Assembly (NCBI GenBank): GCA_002269645.1
Contig: NIVC01002520.1
Location: 101,321 to 165,320 of the forward strand
DNA: 64,000 nt
Source: Macrostomum lignano
Taxonomy: Eukaryota
Reading direction: 5' to 3'
The translations under genes and the position numbers were made by a program. Position 1 is the first letter of the stretch. Every line of letters begins with the position of its first letter. The notes beneath the pieces were generated by a model. That model did no database searches and was not told the DNA's origin. It saw nothing but the letters and a program-made list of their open reading frames with translations. Positions 12,306-25,500 of this stretch are shown here, one piece after another.

Positions 12306-12409
12306 AGATCTGCGGTGCAGTTTCTGATAAACTAGTAAATGATTGAGAGCTTGGTTTGCCTTCGATTGAAGAGAAAAGCTTTGTTGCGTCTCCCCCCCCC
12401 CTTATCACC

Positions 12410-13672
12410 TCAATGATCCATCTAGAATCGCCCATCCCCCTAAATGATCCATCTAGAATCGCCCCCCCCCCTAAATGATCCATCTAGAATCGCCCCCATC
12501 AATGATCCATCTAGAATCGCCCCCTCATATATCCATCTAGAATCGCCCCCCCCCCCTAAATGATCCATCTAGAATCGCCCCCCCCCAATGATCCATCTAG
12601 AATCGCCCCCCTCAATGATCCATTTAGAATCGCCCCCCTCAATGATCCATCTAGAATCGCCCCCCCCCCGAAATGATCCATCTAGAATCGCCCCCCCTCA
12701 ATGATCCATCTGGAATCGCCCCCCCCCCTAAATGATCCATCTAGAATCGCCCCCTCAATGATCCATTTAGAATCGCCCCCCTCAATGATCCATCTAGAAT
12801 CGCCCCCCCCCTAAATGATCCATCTAGAATCGCCCCCCTCAAATATCCATCTAGAATCGCCCCCCTCAATGATCCATCTAGAATCGCCCCCCCCCCTAAA
12901 TGATCCATCTAGAATCGCCCCCATCAATGATCCATCTAGAATCGCCCCCCTCAATGATCCATCTAGAATCGCCCCCCTCAATGATCCATCTGGAATCGCC
13001 CCCCTCAATGATCCATCTAGAATCGCCCCCTCATATATCCATCTAGAATCGCCCCCCCCTAAATGATCCATCTGGAATCGCCCCCCCCCTAAATGATCCA
13101 TCTGGAATCGCCCCCCCCCTCAATGATCCATCTAGAATCGCCCCCCTCAATTATCCATCTAGAAACGTCCCCCTAAATGATCCATCTGGAATCGCCCCCT
13201 CAATGATCAATCTAGAATCGCCCCCATCAATTATCCATCTAGAATCGCCCCCCCCAATGATCCATCTAGAATCTAGAATCGCCCCCTCCCCTAAATGATC
13301 CATCTAGAATCGCCCCCCTCCACTAAATGATCCATCTAGAATCGCCCCCCCCCCTAAATGATCAATCTAGAATCGCCCCCCTCAATGATCCATCTAGAAT
13401 CGCCCCCCCCCCTAAATGATCCATCTAGAATCGCCCCGTCTCAATGATCCATCTAGAATCCCCCCCTCAATGATCCATCTAGAATCCCCCCTCAATGATC
13501 CATCTAGAATCCCCCCCCTCAATGATCCATCTGGAATCCCCCCCCTCAATGATCCATCTAGAATCCCCCCTCAATTATCCATCTAGAATCCCCCCCTCAA
13601 TTATCCATCTAGAATCCCCCCTCAATTATCCATCTAGATTTGCCCCCAATGATCCATCTAGAATCGCCCCAT
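12410..13672. repeat. ~27-32-bp minisatellite (AATGATCCATCTAGAATCG-Cn-T), >40 copies
   Basis: Tandem units with a variable poly-C tract. Confidence 0.95.
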
Positions 13673-15107
13673 ATCATACATTCTGTTTCGCCTTTTATCC
13701 CTTCACTTCGATCCATGTCTTTATGCTACTGTTAATTGCGTAACGACAAACTTGGAGATCAAAGGATTTTTGTTATAGTTTAGAGTTTTGAATTGATTGT
13801 AACAAATTTGCACGAGAGTAGAAATAATCAATTAAAAACGGTATTCTTACTAGTAAAGCTAACAGTTTTGCGTTTAATTGCTATGCTTTTTTTCGTTTCG
13901 ATTGATACCTGTGGTGTTTATGTAATTACAGTTATTTTTTATTTGATAAATTTAACAGATACTTAATATCGAAGTTATTTAATTAAATAGACTGTCATGT
14001 ACTTATTGAGCTGTTGAGCATATCGTCAATGATATTGCCCGTGGTGCTAACCCGCTAGCAATGGTATTCACTAATGTAATATGTAGAAGAAGTAACTGAT
14101 AAGTGTAATGCACTCACTGTACATGTGTATGCACTTGTGAGGAATAATTATTGTAGGATAAGTCAACTGCTCAAATTGAATCTATTTGCTGTGTTGTTAA
14201 AAGCGGCTTAGTCTAATTTACATAATCTTGCCATCTAATCGTTCAGAAATTTCTTGCATAAATAGGAACAGTCAAGACATGCAATTGTCGGCTTTTTGTT
14301 TCTAAAATTTGAAAATGCTATTAGGGTATTTTTCTGCCCTATTATATACTGGCTACTTTAAAAACAACTATCGAATTCGTGAGTTTTTATAATTTTAGCT
14401 ACACTATTAATGACTAACACTCATACATGTAGTTTATTGATTTTTTGTCTAAACATCCGCTACCTATCTATATAAAGTTCAGACGATTGCCGAGTTTATT
14501 ATATTGCTTTGTAACTGCATTGCATGTGCGCTGTCAGTTTTTAAGACAGTTGTTTTAGTTCACTTTATTTTTCCCTTCAGTTAATAAGCTGCAGATAATT
14601 AATAAATACATGCATACTTACGCGAGCCAATTAAGCATTAGTCAAGAGTTTGCTTTACTTGCTAGTTGTAAGTCTCAATAATTATATTTCGCGTTAGTCA
14701 GTTCTTGTAATTTTTTAAACAGTTTTAAGCCTTAATCAAAGAACAGAATCGAAAATACTCGCTCGCCGGAGTAAAATAAAAAAACGCAATTTAACGTGTA
14801 CATGTAATGTATCCTTACGACTACGAGCTCTTATTCAAAGCTGATATTGCGCAACAGCAACAGTTAAATCGTTAAATTTACGATTTTGTTAAATGAACTG
14901 ACGCATTTCTTAAAGAATTCAATTTTTCATATTTTCTTTCGTCAGTGCATTTCTTTAATTGACTGACATTACCACATGAATTTTCCAACCCAGATGACGG
15001 ACTTGACTAGCAAATTTTGTTCCGACTGCTACAGATAAAGGCCTGCATTAAAAATATTACGAGTGATTCGTTGGTGTCCACTGTATTAAAGATTTGACAT
15101 TCTATAT

Positions 15108-15413
15108 TGGTTGCTAGAATAACTCGAGATGAAAGACAAACTATATGCTGCGCTATTGAAACGATGAAAAACGAAAAGGGGCTCTTGAGCGAGATGCTCT
15201 GGGTCGATATATTTAATGAGCTGAGTGAAAGCGTACAATACACGTGAGCGTAATGTGGGGTGGGGCGATCAGTGAAGAATGAAAGTGGTGCGATCAATAA
15301 TTAGGGACTGTACGTATGAGCAAAATAAATATGTTAGCCTAATTGAACGTACATGTAGCTATTGCAAACGAAAAGTTTAAGAAATACCACGAGACAGTGG
15401 CAGCTCCAGAACA
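15108..15413 (-). repeat. BEL 3' LTR
   Basis: Identical by eye to 21630-21935; preceded on minus by the purine-rich tract AAGGTGGGGGGTA (about 15414-15426). Confidence 0.95.
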
Positions 15414-16032
15414 TACCCCCCACCTTGACATGTCTATGGCAAAAACAAAATAATGATGCAAAAATGTAATTTTGAAAATGAGTGGCAGTGGAAGCAAAAC
15501 CTATGAGATAAAGATGCAGAAAAAGTTATAACGCAGAACTTACGCAATTCGTACTTGTACAAAACTTGACTAAACAAAATTGTCTTGGTGGGCTCTGTTA
15601 CAGTAACGAAAAATGTAGAAAAAAAAGAAACGCGCTTGAGTTCGAAAACATAAACTGCAGTTGTAGCATTTCACGAAAAAAGATTTTAAGACGATCAACC
15701 CATTACCAGAGAGTGATGTGATTACAAGACAAAGGACAACGTGAAATCGCGATGCAACATGGTTAAATTTGGATTACGATATAAATAATAATCGATTCAA
15801 AAAATTAACAACCTAAATTACGAAGGCAAACACCAAACTCAAAATTTAAACATGACTGAAATAAACGTATTTGACAAACAAACAAAATAAAACTAAGTAA
15901 TCATTCGCATACCGAAAAAACACTGTCTAGAAAGCGACAAAAATGATAATGACAAAATGACGAAAACGAAAATACGAATCGACACAGGGATTAACAGTTA
16001 CAGTCCATCGATCAGTGAGTCATAGTCAGCCT

Positions 16033-19000
16033 TCAATCAGTAATCAATGGGCACAGTCTGTTGATTGGCCGCGTCAGAACCTTGTCCGCCAGCTGCACTT
16101 TTACTACTCGAACATGGCCGTCTCGACCCGGGTACACCTCCAGGACTCGAGCCAGTGGCCAATGACCCGAGGGCTGTCCGGACAGACATACAGCACGACG
16201 TCCCCAGGCTTGAGGTCGGGCTGCTCTCGCCGCCATTTGGTTCTCGCACCGAGGCCGGGCAGCCACTCTCGAAGCCATCGCCGCCAAAACGACTGCACCA
16301 GCCGCTGCACGTAGCGCCACCGCTTGGTTGGGTTGAACACCTCGTCAGCCGAGATCTCCGGTGCCAGCTGTCCGCCAACGTGCCCGTACAGGAAGTGCGC
16401 TGGCGTCAGGACCGGATCGTCACCAGGATGGGACGACTGGTAGGTCAAAGGCCGTGAGTTCAGCAGCAACTCTGCTCCGGTAAATGCTGTTACAAGCTGC
16501 TCATCGCTGACTTCTGCCGATCTCAGGATCGCGTTTATCGCTCTCTTTGCTGATTTTATCATTGACTCATGCACGCCGCCGAAGTGCGGAGCCGCGGGCG
16601 GATTAAAGTGCCACTTGATCGGTACGTGAGATGTGCGTGACTGCAATGCGTTCTTGTCCATCGACTTGCACAGCTCCTTTAGTTCTCTATCCGCACCAAC
16701 AAAATTAGTTCCATTGTCTGAGAAGATTTCCAGAACTTGACCTCGGCGATTGATCATGCGAAACAACGCGTTTAGGAAGCTGCTTGCATCAAGGCCGTAC
16801 GCCATTTCTAAATGAACTGCACGCGTTGCCATACAAGTGAAGAGCGCAAAGTACCGCTTCTGACGCACACGTCCCCGACCCTGTTTCGTCAGGAATGGAC
16901 CTCCGAAATCTATTGATACTTTCGTAAATGCTCTCAACGGTTCTAGCCGACTGGGAGGCAGTGGTGCCATCAACTGCGAAGCTGGCTGTGCCTTTCTTCT
17001 CCTGCACTCAGCACACTTGACTTCCCAAGCTCGGATGGCCTCTCGGGCAGCTGGGATCCAAAATCGAGCAGTCACTGCAGCAAGTACTTGATTGGTGCCC
17101 GCGTGATACGCTTTTTCGTGATGGTGCTTGATTATCAATTCTGTCACGTGATGGCACTTTGGCAAGATGATTGGTGATCTGATACTAACCGGCAATGCTT
17201 CGGCCAACTGTAGACGACTCTCTGAGCGAAGAACGTCGCTAGGATCGAGTCTGGGATGCATTCTAGCCAGCTTGCTGCTCTCAGAAACGCTATTGTTCTT
17301 CCTCAAGGCGGAAAGCTCCGTGCTGAATGCATCTTGCTGCACATCCTTGATGATTCTTAACTCCGCGTCTTCTAGCTCCGACGCCTGCAGCTCTCCTCGA
17401 GTTCGGTACTGTGGTTCGAAGCGACAATTGTTGGAAAATCTGCTAATCCAGGCATTTACCCTCAGGAATTTCATCCAGCTGGAGAACTTGCTCGGATCAA
17501 GCCGCTCTACTTGATGCTTTCTTTGCTCGCTGGTGACCATTGTTGCAGACATGACCGTTTCGGACGGGACTGAATCTTTCGCCGAACCTTTCGTCTCCAG
17601 GTCTGCTGGTCGCTCCAACCTGGTACTTGGCCACTTGTAATCGTCATGATGTAAAAACTCTGGACCGTTTTTCCATTTCTGATCCTCGGCCAGCTGAGTT
17701 ATCGTTGCGCCTCTTGACAGCAGATCGGCAGGATTGCACGCCGTTGGCACGTGTCTCCACTGGTTCGGATCAGTTGCCTGCTGGATTTCTCCGATGCGAT
17801 TCGCAACGAACGGTTTAAAGAAGCGTCCTCTTCCACGAATCCAAAACAGAACGTTCATGCTGTCCGACCAGAATACCGCATCTTTGATGTTCATCTCTAG
17901 TGCCTTGGCAATCTTGACCGCTAGATTCAGCCCAATGACCGCTGCCATCAGCTCCAGCCTCGGAATGCTCATAGTTGCTATGGGTGCAACTCGAGACTTG
18001 GCAGCGATGAGCCGAACGGATATCGAGGCGTCGGTGTACTTGCATCGTAGATAACACACTGCTCCGTAGGCCTTCTCCGAAGCATCGACAAAGCAGTGAA
18101 GCTGAGACTGCGTAGGTACGCAAGAGAACTGCAGACAGCGATAAACTCGAAAGCAGTTCAGCTTCGTCAGGTCAGCACACCATGCTTGAATCCTCCTTTG
18201 CAGAGCCTCGTCCGGCGCTTCATCCCAATCAAGGCCGCTGCACCAGAGCTCCTGCAGTAGTATCTTTGCCTGCGCGGTGAAAGGTGCTATCAATCCGAGA
18301 GGATCGTACATTGAAGCCAATCTCTTTAGCAGATCCTCTTTGACTTGACTGGTCTCAGCTCGCTATCAGCAACAAAGGTGAATTCATCGTCCTCACTTTT
18401 CCAGACTACTCCAAGCGTCTTCGAAACTGGCAACGGCTGACCATCCAGGCTCACCTCCGCGACTCTATCCTCTGGTGCTACACACGCAAGCAATGCTCTC
18501 GAGTTTGAAATCCACTTCCTAGCGTGCATACCAGCTCGCTCCCACAATTGGCTCAGCTCCTGATACAACTGAATAGCCTCTGAATCAGTCTTCTTCGAAT
18601 CCAGGCAGTCATCCATGTAAGTTGACTGGAGCACTGTTTCTGCGGCCGATGGAAACTCCTGCTTCAGCTTCTTTGCGTGCTCCTGAGTCACGAATTGCGC
18701 CAGAAATGGTGAGCTCGTTGCTCCAAAAACCACTCGGTTGAACTCGAATGTCTGTGGTACCTTTGTCGGATCCATGTCCCGCCACAGAAAGCTGTGCGCT
18801 GCCCGATCTTCTGGTGCGATCGCGATTTGCAAGTACATTTCAGAAATGTCGCAAGCAACCGCCACTGGATGCCTCCTGAAGCGCAGGAGCACATCAACCA
18901 GATCTTTCTGAAGCTTCGGTCCTGCCAGCATCAGGCTATTCAACGACTCCTCACCGCCAGCTGAAGCATCAAAGACGATGCGCACCTTGGTAGTTGCCTT

Positions 19001-21565
19001 ATCCATTCGAACCACTGGGAAATGAGGAAGGTGATACCTGTTCGCTGGTTGTTGCTCATGCTCCGGTACTCTTCTGATGTAGCCAACATTTTCGTAGCGA
19101 CTGATGACGTCCTGATACTGCTTTGCTAGATCCGGATCTTTGCGGAGCCTAATCTCGGTATTTGCAAGCCGCCTGATAGCCATTTCAAAGTTGCTATCTT
19201 TAAACGTGACATCCGGTTTCCACGGAATGCCAACTTGGTATCGCCCATCGAAGAACTTTAGCGATGATCGAGTTCTTTCCAAAGCGAGCTGCTCTGCATT
19301 AGTAAATGAAGATGGTTCGATGCTTCTCACCTCTTCTACTTCCCAAAACTGGCGTAACAGTGGCGCTAGATTCTCAGACCCGCCTCGGCTGAAGAAAGTG
19401 TTTGCAAACAACGCGTGCTCCGAAGCTCCATCAACTCTACCGATACAAGTCCAACCTAAAGGTGTCAGCCGTGCTTGCGGATCTCCTGGGTTGCCGGTCA
19501 CTTCCAACCGTGATGCATGCAAGTCTGGATGATCGACTCCGATCAGCAAGTCAACCTCCGCTGGCGTTTGCATTCTTGGAAACGGAATGTTTGCTAAGTG
19601 CGACCATTTCGACGCCAATTCTTGCCAATCTACTACTTCCATGTTCCCTGTCACTCTATCTACCGTCAGCGCAGTAATCTCCTTGCTTATTTGGCCGTCA
19701 GTACTCTCCAAGGTGCATGACACTGGTGCTGTTATGAAGGTTTCCACCTGTCCGTTCAACACGTTTACCTGCATTGATTCCTGTTTTCCGTGCAGGCCAA
19801 GCTTGGATGCTATCGCCGTATTCAAATAGGTCTTTGTGCTGGCGTCATCAAGTAAGGCATTGACCTTCACCGCTCGCCTATTCGCCTTAAGAATGACCGG
19901 AACCGTTCGAAGTGAAACCGCACTGGCTTCTCTAGCGACCATTGTCACGGTTGCAGCTTTCGGCTTCGACTGCATTTCTTGCTCAGCACCGACTTTGACT
20001 TCTGACTTCTCTTTCGATTCCGACCTTGCTGTCGAATGCAGCAGACGATGGTGGGATTTGGTGCATCCATCAACGCCGCACTTTCGACCTCGTCGGCAGT
20101 TCATACCGTTGTGACCATGGCCAAGACAGCGGAAACAGGCTTTGGCTTCCTGAGCAGCCTTCCATCTGTTCTCAGACGACAGTTTCCCGAATGCGGGACA
20201 CTTCCATAGATCGTGCGCCTCCTTGCAGACTACACAGGAGTAGCTCCCCTTGCTTGAGCTCTTGCTTAGCTGTGCTACATGGAAGGCCTTCTGCTTGCTG
20301 TCCTTTCTTGGTTGCTCCTGACTCGATGCGGCCACCCCGTACACAATTTCTGCTGCCTCAGTCCGGAACTCTGCCTCACGCAAAACCCACTCTCGAAGGG
20401 TCCTAACGCCTTCTGCTTTCGCCTTCTCGAAGATCCATCGTCGAAATGCTGCGACCATCGGCTCTGGTAACTTTTTTTGCAATCTAGCATAAAGCAGTCC
20501 ATCACTAAGTTCGGAGTTCTTACCAGCTTCTTCCAAATTAATTACAGCCACATCGAGGATGTTCGCGAATTTCTTCAGCTCCTCGGCACTATTCTGCTTC
20601 ACGGGTGGAAAACTATCTAGCTCTTCCAAGTAGTGCGCCAACTGTCGTCGCTTGCCGCCGTACTCACGCTCCAATCTCTCCTTGGCCGCCTGATAGGCAG
20701 CAGCCGAATGACCCAAGTGCTCTATTACCTTCAGCGCTGATCCACGCAAATACTGACGCAACTGCAGCAGTTTGAACTCTGGTGTTGCTGGAGCCCTATC
20801 GATGCAAGCCATGAAGGCAGCCTTCCACGCTTCATACTGTTGCTTGTCGCCATAGAATGTTGGAATCTCCACTCTGCGCAACATCTTCCAGAGATCCTTC
20901 GACAGCTCTTGCTCCGAAGAGTTGCCGAGCCTGCATTCGTCTACTGATTCAGAAGAGCTTGTTCGATCCTCCGCTCTCATCTCGAAACCCGCATGCTGAT
21001 TTGAAGAAGGCAGGTAGCCAAACTCACCTAGGTCTCTGTAGGGCCTCTGCTGTCTCTGTCCTCGCATGAAGTCCGGCTCTGCAACACTGAATCCGATTTG
21101 CCGATCTAGATTGACTGCACCCAGCGATTGGGCTGTCGCTGCCGCCGACTCTGCCGCCGGCTCTGCTGCCGACGCTGCCGCTGTCTCCTGAGGAACTTGT
21201 GCCGCTGCAGATGGTGACTGCTGAGTTGCTAGGAAACGCTGGACCTCTCGCATGCTGACGCGGTAGTCCTCCTCGACGGTTTCTATTTCATCGAGCAGCC
21301 GAGAGTGCTGTGCTGCGTCGCTGTTGTTTCGTTGCAACTCGTCGCTCAACTCATACAGCGCCTCGATTGTTCCCTCGAAGATCTCGGTTACGGCTTCGCA
21401 TTGGTGCTGAATTTCGCTCTTGTCAGAACCGTCTTGTAATAGCCAGGCCAGTTTATTTCGATTCTTGGTCAGCGCAGACTTGAACTTGGTCTTTTGTCGC
21501 CTCAGAGCATTCAGCGAAGCAACATCGGGCTCTGGCGCTTGCTTCTGTTTTTCGTCGTCGCTCAT
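16033..21565 (-). CDS. BEL/Pao Gag-Pol polyprotein, split by two single-base frameshifts (~18340 and ~16170)
   Basis: Three Cys/His knuckles (CVVCKEAHDLWKC, CFRCLGHGHNGMNC, CGVDGCTKSHHRLLH); protease LLDDAS; RT KVRIVFDAS and YMDD; RNase H LHCFVDASEKAYG and FWSDS; integrase HHEKAYH..CAEC, DFGGP, SDNGTNF and HFGGVHE; C-terminal WPLARVLEVYPGRDG. Confidence 0.95.
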
Positions 21566-21609
21566 ACTGATCTAACAGACTATTGGACACGATGTACTGT
21601 GGCTTGAGT

Positions 21610-21627
21610 AACCACGCTCTGCTACCA
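21610..21627 (-). promoter_or_regulatory. Primer binding site complementary to initiator tRNA-Met
   Basis: Minus strand TGGTAGCAGAGCGTGGTT, 2 nt after the 5' LTR; complementary to the AACCACGCUCUGCUACCA-type 3' end of animal tRNA-iMet. Confidence 0.85.
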
Positions 21628-21629
21628 AA

Positions 21630-21935
21630 TGGTTGCTAGAATAACTCGAGATGAAAGACAAACTATATGCTGCGCTATTGAAACGATGAAAAACGAAAAG
21701 GGGCTCTTGAGCGAGATGCTCTGGGTCGATATATTTAATGAGCTGAGTGAAAGCGTACAATACACGTGAGCGTAATGTGGGGTGGGGCGATCAGTGAAGA
21801 ATGAAAGTGGTGCGATCAATAATTAGGGACTGTACGTATGAGCAAAATAAATATGTTAGCCTAATTGAACGTACATGTAGCTATTGCAAACGAAAAGTTT
21901 AAGAAATACCACGAGACAGTGGCAGCTCCAGAACA
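21630..21935 (-). repeat. BEL 5' LTR
   Basis: 306 bp, TG...CA termini on the minus strand, flanked by the PBS and the TATAT TSD. Confidence 0.95.
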
Positions 21936-22575
21936 TATATAATGACAGGCGTATTCTCTGCTTACCCGATATTAGTTTTTAACCTGTCGAAAACGATTCC
22001 TTCAAGCCGGCAATAGCAAGAAAAAACAAATGAAATTATAGTTATGCACATTTATTATGTAAAGTAAAACAGATCAACCAAAATTCAAAAGATTTATTTT
22101 TTAATTCTAAGTAATTTATATTATGCAAATAATATTATATCAAACACTTAATATGTTCTAAGAAATCACTCTCATCATCACGGCTGACTAATTCGAGTTC
22201 GAATCGAGTTGATTGAGTATATTGTGATTGTAAACCCCAGCTGTCAGTGTAGTCAGCGTATTCGAAGTATTACTTTTGAAATTATTAAGAACACTCGGAA
22301 TTGAATAGAACATTTTCATTTAACTTTTATCTTTGTAAACCGAGTATAGTGATGAAAAACTTTTATTCAGAAAAATTTATGTAGAACCTAGCTGCCAGTG
22401 TAGTGTCTTAACTCGGAATTTGATTTTCTTTGTCTCGTATTGTAGCATTTGTAGGCACATGCCTAGGCCCTAGCCTAGTAGACGTACAGGCTGTTTTGGT
22501 TTGACTTTAGAACTTTCTTCAGTTCACAAACCTGAAAGCTGGCAAAAGTAGATTATCATTTAATAACACAGAAAC

Positions 22576-25500
22576 ATGGCGAACATTTCCCCTGTGTATA
22601 GTGTTTCCCTTGCTATTAAGCAAGAAATCCAACGCTTCGAAAGTGTTCATCCTAGTATTTATGCCATTTATGATTTGATTGAAGCAATAGATGATCGTGA
22701 ACTACAAGACAGTATTCGTGATCATGTTGTTTGCATTGAAGGTAAGCTGAAGTTGAGGTTTTATATAAGTTGCTATATTTTTTATTTTTTTAGTTTCACT
22801 ACTCAACTTTACACAGTATATAATTGTAAGGACTTCAGTGAGATGCACAGTAATTATGACAAAGTTAAAATGTCAAAAGACCATTTTCCTAATATTTTAA
22901 AACTATAGTCATAGAATAGATTAGCCGTAAGTATAACTATAAGTGTTGCAAAGAAAAACAGATAATAAATTAGAAATTTGGCCTATTTTATAAAACTTCT
23001 TGGCACTCGTTATTTTAACAGTAACTAAAATAAATAAATACTGGTTTAATATACTTTAGAACTTATAGCTAGGTATCACATTTGTGATTTGACTAGCCAC
23101 AAATCTATCCTTTTAAAGGCAAGTAAATTGCATTTTTAAGAACCCTGTGTACTTTGCATTATTAGGCCTAAAAGTATGAGCTAATTAAAAAATGCAAAGC
23201 TATATGCATATCAATCATGCCTAAAATCCATGAGTTAGTTTAAACTTATTATGCAAATAAAATATATAAAGACAAATATTGAGTAGTCCATGATAAGAAA
23301 ACTATTTTTAAGGTTTTTTTTTAGTTACCATGTGGCATGTAAATAACACTAGCAATAATTACACAATACTATGCAAATAACAATTGCCAAACTTCTTTCA
23401 TAGTTTCAAAGGCTCCTATTAAGGCTATAGTTGACAATTTTTTGTCTGTTATTAGTTTGTTTACCACTCTTTTGTTTGCAAAAATACAATGCAATCATAT
23501 GTGTAGGTTTCCCAACAAATATTCTCCTAATAGATATTTTTTCCTTGGAACCAATAATGCAAACAAAAAATTAATTAATGTTTTGACATATACTCCTTAT
23601 TTTAACCCATAGTTTTGAACACTCTGAATGCACTATAGACTAAAATCTCCTACAATTTATTTGGTGCGCCAGTGTATACCAATTTTTTTCAACCCAAAAA
23701 ACAGGGCTTATTATAAGGGTAATTCCACGAGATGACGGTCATTGGGTTGGAGCAAATAATAATCAGTAATCATACAAAAGACAAACTAAATTGAGACTTT
23801 GTGAGTTCTATATTTATGGGCGTGACCTCTAGATTGAGATGAGATACATTTTAAAGTCATTTGTCTTACTGTGTTGATTTAGCAGAGAGAACTTTCGATG
23901 ACGGTCATTTTTAGTGAAAGTTTATGTATCCAACTTTATAACTTAAGTTTAAGATTCCTGCGAATCAGGCAAGTTTTTGTCTCAATTGATCATTAATTGT
24001 AGTAAACAATAGCTAGATGAATGGTTACAAACAATTATTACATTTTAGTAGATAACTTTAACTGTGTTGCACATTTTTTTTTAAATGACGGTTGTTGACT
24101 GACGGTCATTTGTTTCAAAAAAACGACCTTCAGTTTTAAAAAGTGTATTAGGATTCTCTATTTTTAGATACAATCTTGGTTAAAAGATTGTTTATAATCC
24201 ATAGTTGTTCATATAAAAACTATAACTTGCTTGTCTAACCATAAAATTTATTATACCTGTTTCATATTTCAGATCAAACGTACTTATGCACCTTCAACAA
24301 AAACATCACTTCATGATTGCACAACTCAACATATGATCATAAAGATAGACAGTCCTAATCTATTCAAGAATTCAAAGAATAGAATATAACAATTAACAAA
24401 AGCAAAGGCAAATACAGATTATTTGTTAGGCAGTAAGCAATAGCACCAATGGATAATAAAAACTTGAGTCTAGTTAGACTACTTATGCTGAAGATTGGGG
24501 CATGTGTTAAGGTGCATTGCAAACTAAAGTAGAGAGTTCTAGGTGCATGGTTAGTAATTGGAACAACCTTTTTAATAGCAGGTTGAAAATGATTTTAAGG
24601 TATCAAACAAGTAATTGACAGTATACATTTTTAATAAAAGACTTGAATTCCACTATATTTTTCTTTACAATCAAAACTGTAAAAACTTTGAAAGAGAAAT
24701 TGAATAAGTAATTCACATTTAAAAAAGACATGATTTTAGAATATCAGTAAATTCAGTTTTTTTGTATAAAATTTAGGAATAAATGATAGTAATTCAGGTT
24801 TTATGAAGATCAACAGATTTCAGAATACCAGAAAATGATGGTCGTTAGGTAACTTTGCAGGGTTTTTTTAGCATGTTACACTTATCATAAACTAACAAAA
24901 ATGACTATAAACTTAAATATAGGCTCAGAAAATATTTTAGCAAAAAATTATTAACTTATAAACCTCTTGAAAATTAGTACAACAACTTTTTGTAAAAAAA
25001 TGATGGTCGTTTTTAACACTTAAAAAAGGAAAGTCAAACTTTTAAAAATAAAAAATTATGATAGATAGAACTATATTAGATCATAAAACTTTATAATTTC
25101 AGTCTTTAGATATAAGAAAGAAAGATTTTTATTATTTATGCACTTGATGCATTATGTTTATTAACTTTTTTTCTTATTGAAAACTAGATTAAACTTTTTA
25201 TAATGTCCCGCGGGACATTTAAAATCTTGCAAGGGTACCATGATCAAAACAAAATATATACCTAGAGGTAGATAAATGTGTATGAAACTACATAAAAATG
25301 AAACTATACATAACAAGCTGTTGAAACCCGCGGATTTTGAACCCGGGGAACTCCATTCCCCAGAATTATTTTTGCATGTATTTTAAAATCTGAGGTCAAA
25401 CTCAAACAAAAACTTGTTTATAGTTAGGACAGAGTTAAACATAAAATAGAGTACATTCGTGTAAAATTAGGATTTGAGGCAAACATTTATATTGTTGGCT

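Larger units (their letters stand above)
15108..21935 (-). mobile_element. Full-length BEL/Pao LTR retrotransposon (6828 bp)
   Basis: Two 306-bp LTRs (TGTTCTGG...GCAACCA on minus), a 5-bp TSD TATAT (15103-15107 and 21936-21940), PBS, PPT and gag-pol in PR-RT-RH-IN order. Confidence 0.97.

Noticed and set aside
9873-13672. Regular 20-40 bp repeats resembling CRISPR arrays (here and throughout)
   Set aside because: Units are contiguous with no unique spacers, there are no cas genes, and the context is intron-containing animal DNA.
18320-18345. Programmed ribosomal frameshift between the two BEL ORFs
   Set aside because: The break lies inside pol (RT to RNase H linker), there is no slippery heptamer, and one added G restores the conserved motif.
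16037-21069. Plus-strand ORFs overlapping the BEL element, and antisense ORFs over the AGAP and Gypsy exons
   Set aside because: Shadow ORFs of GC-rich coding sequence on the opposite strand or frame, with no independent motifs.
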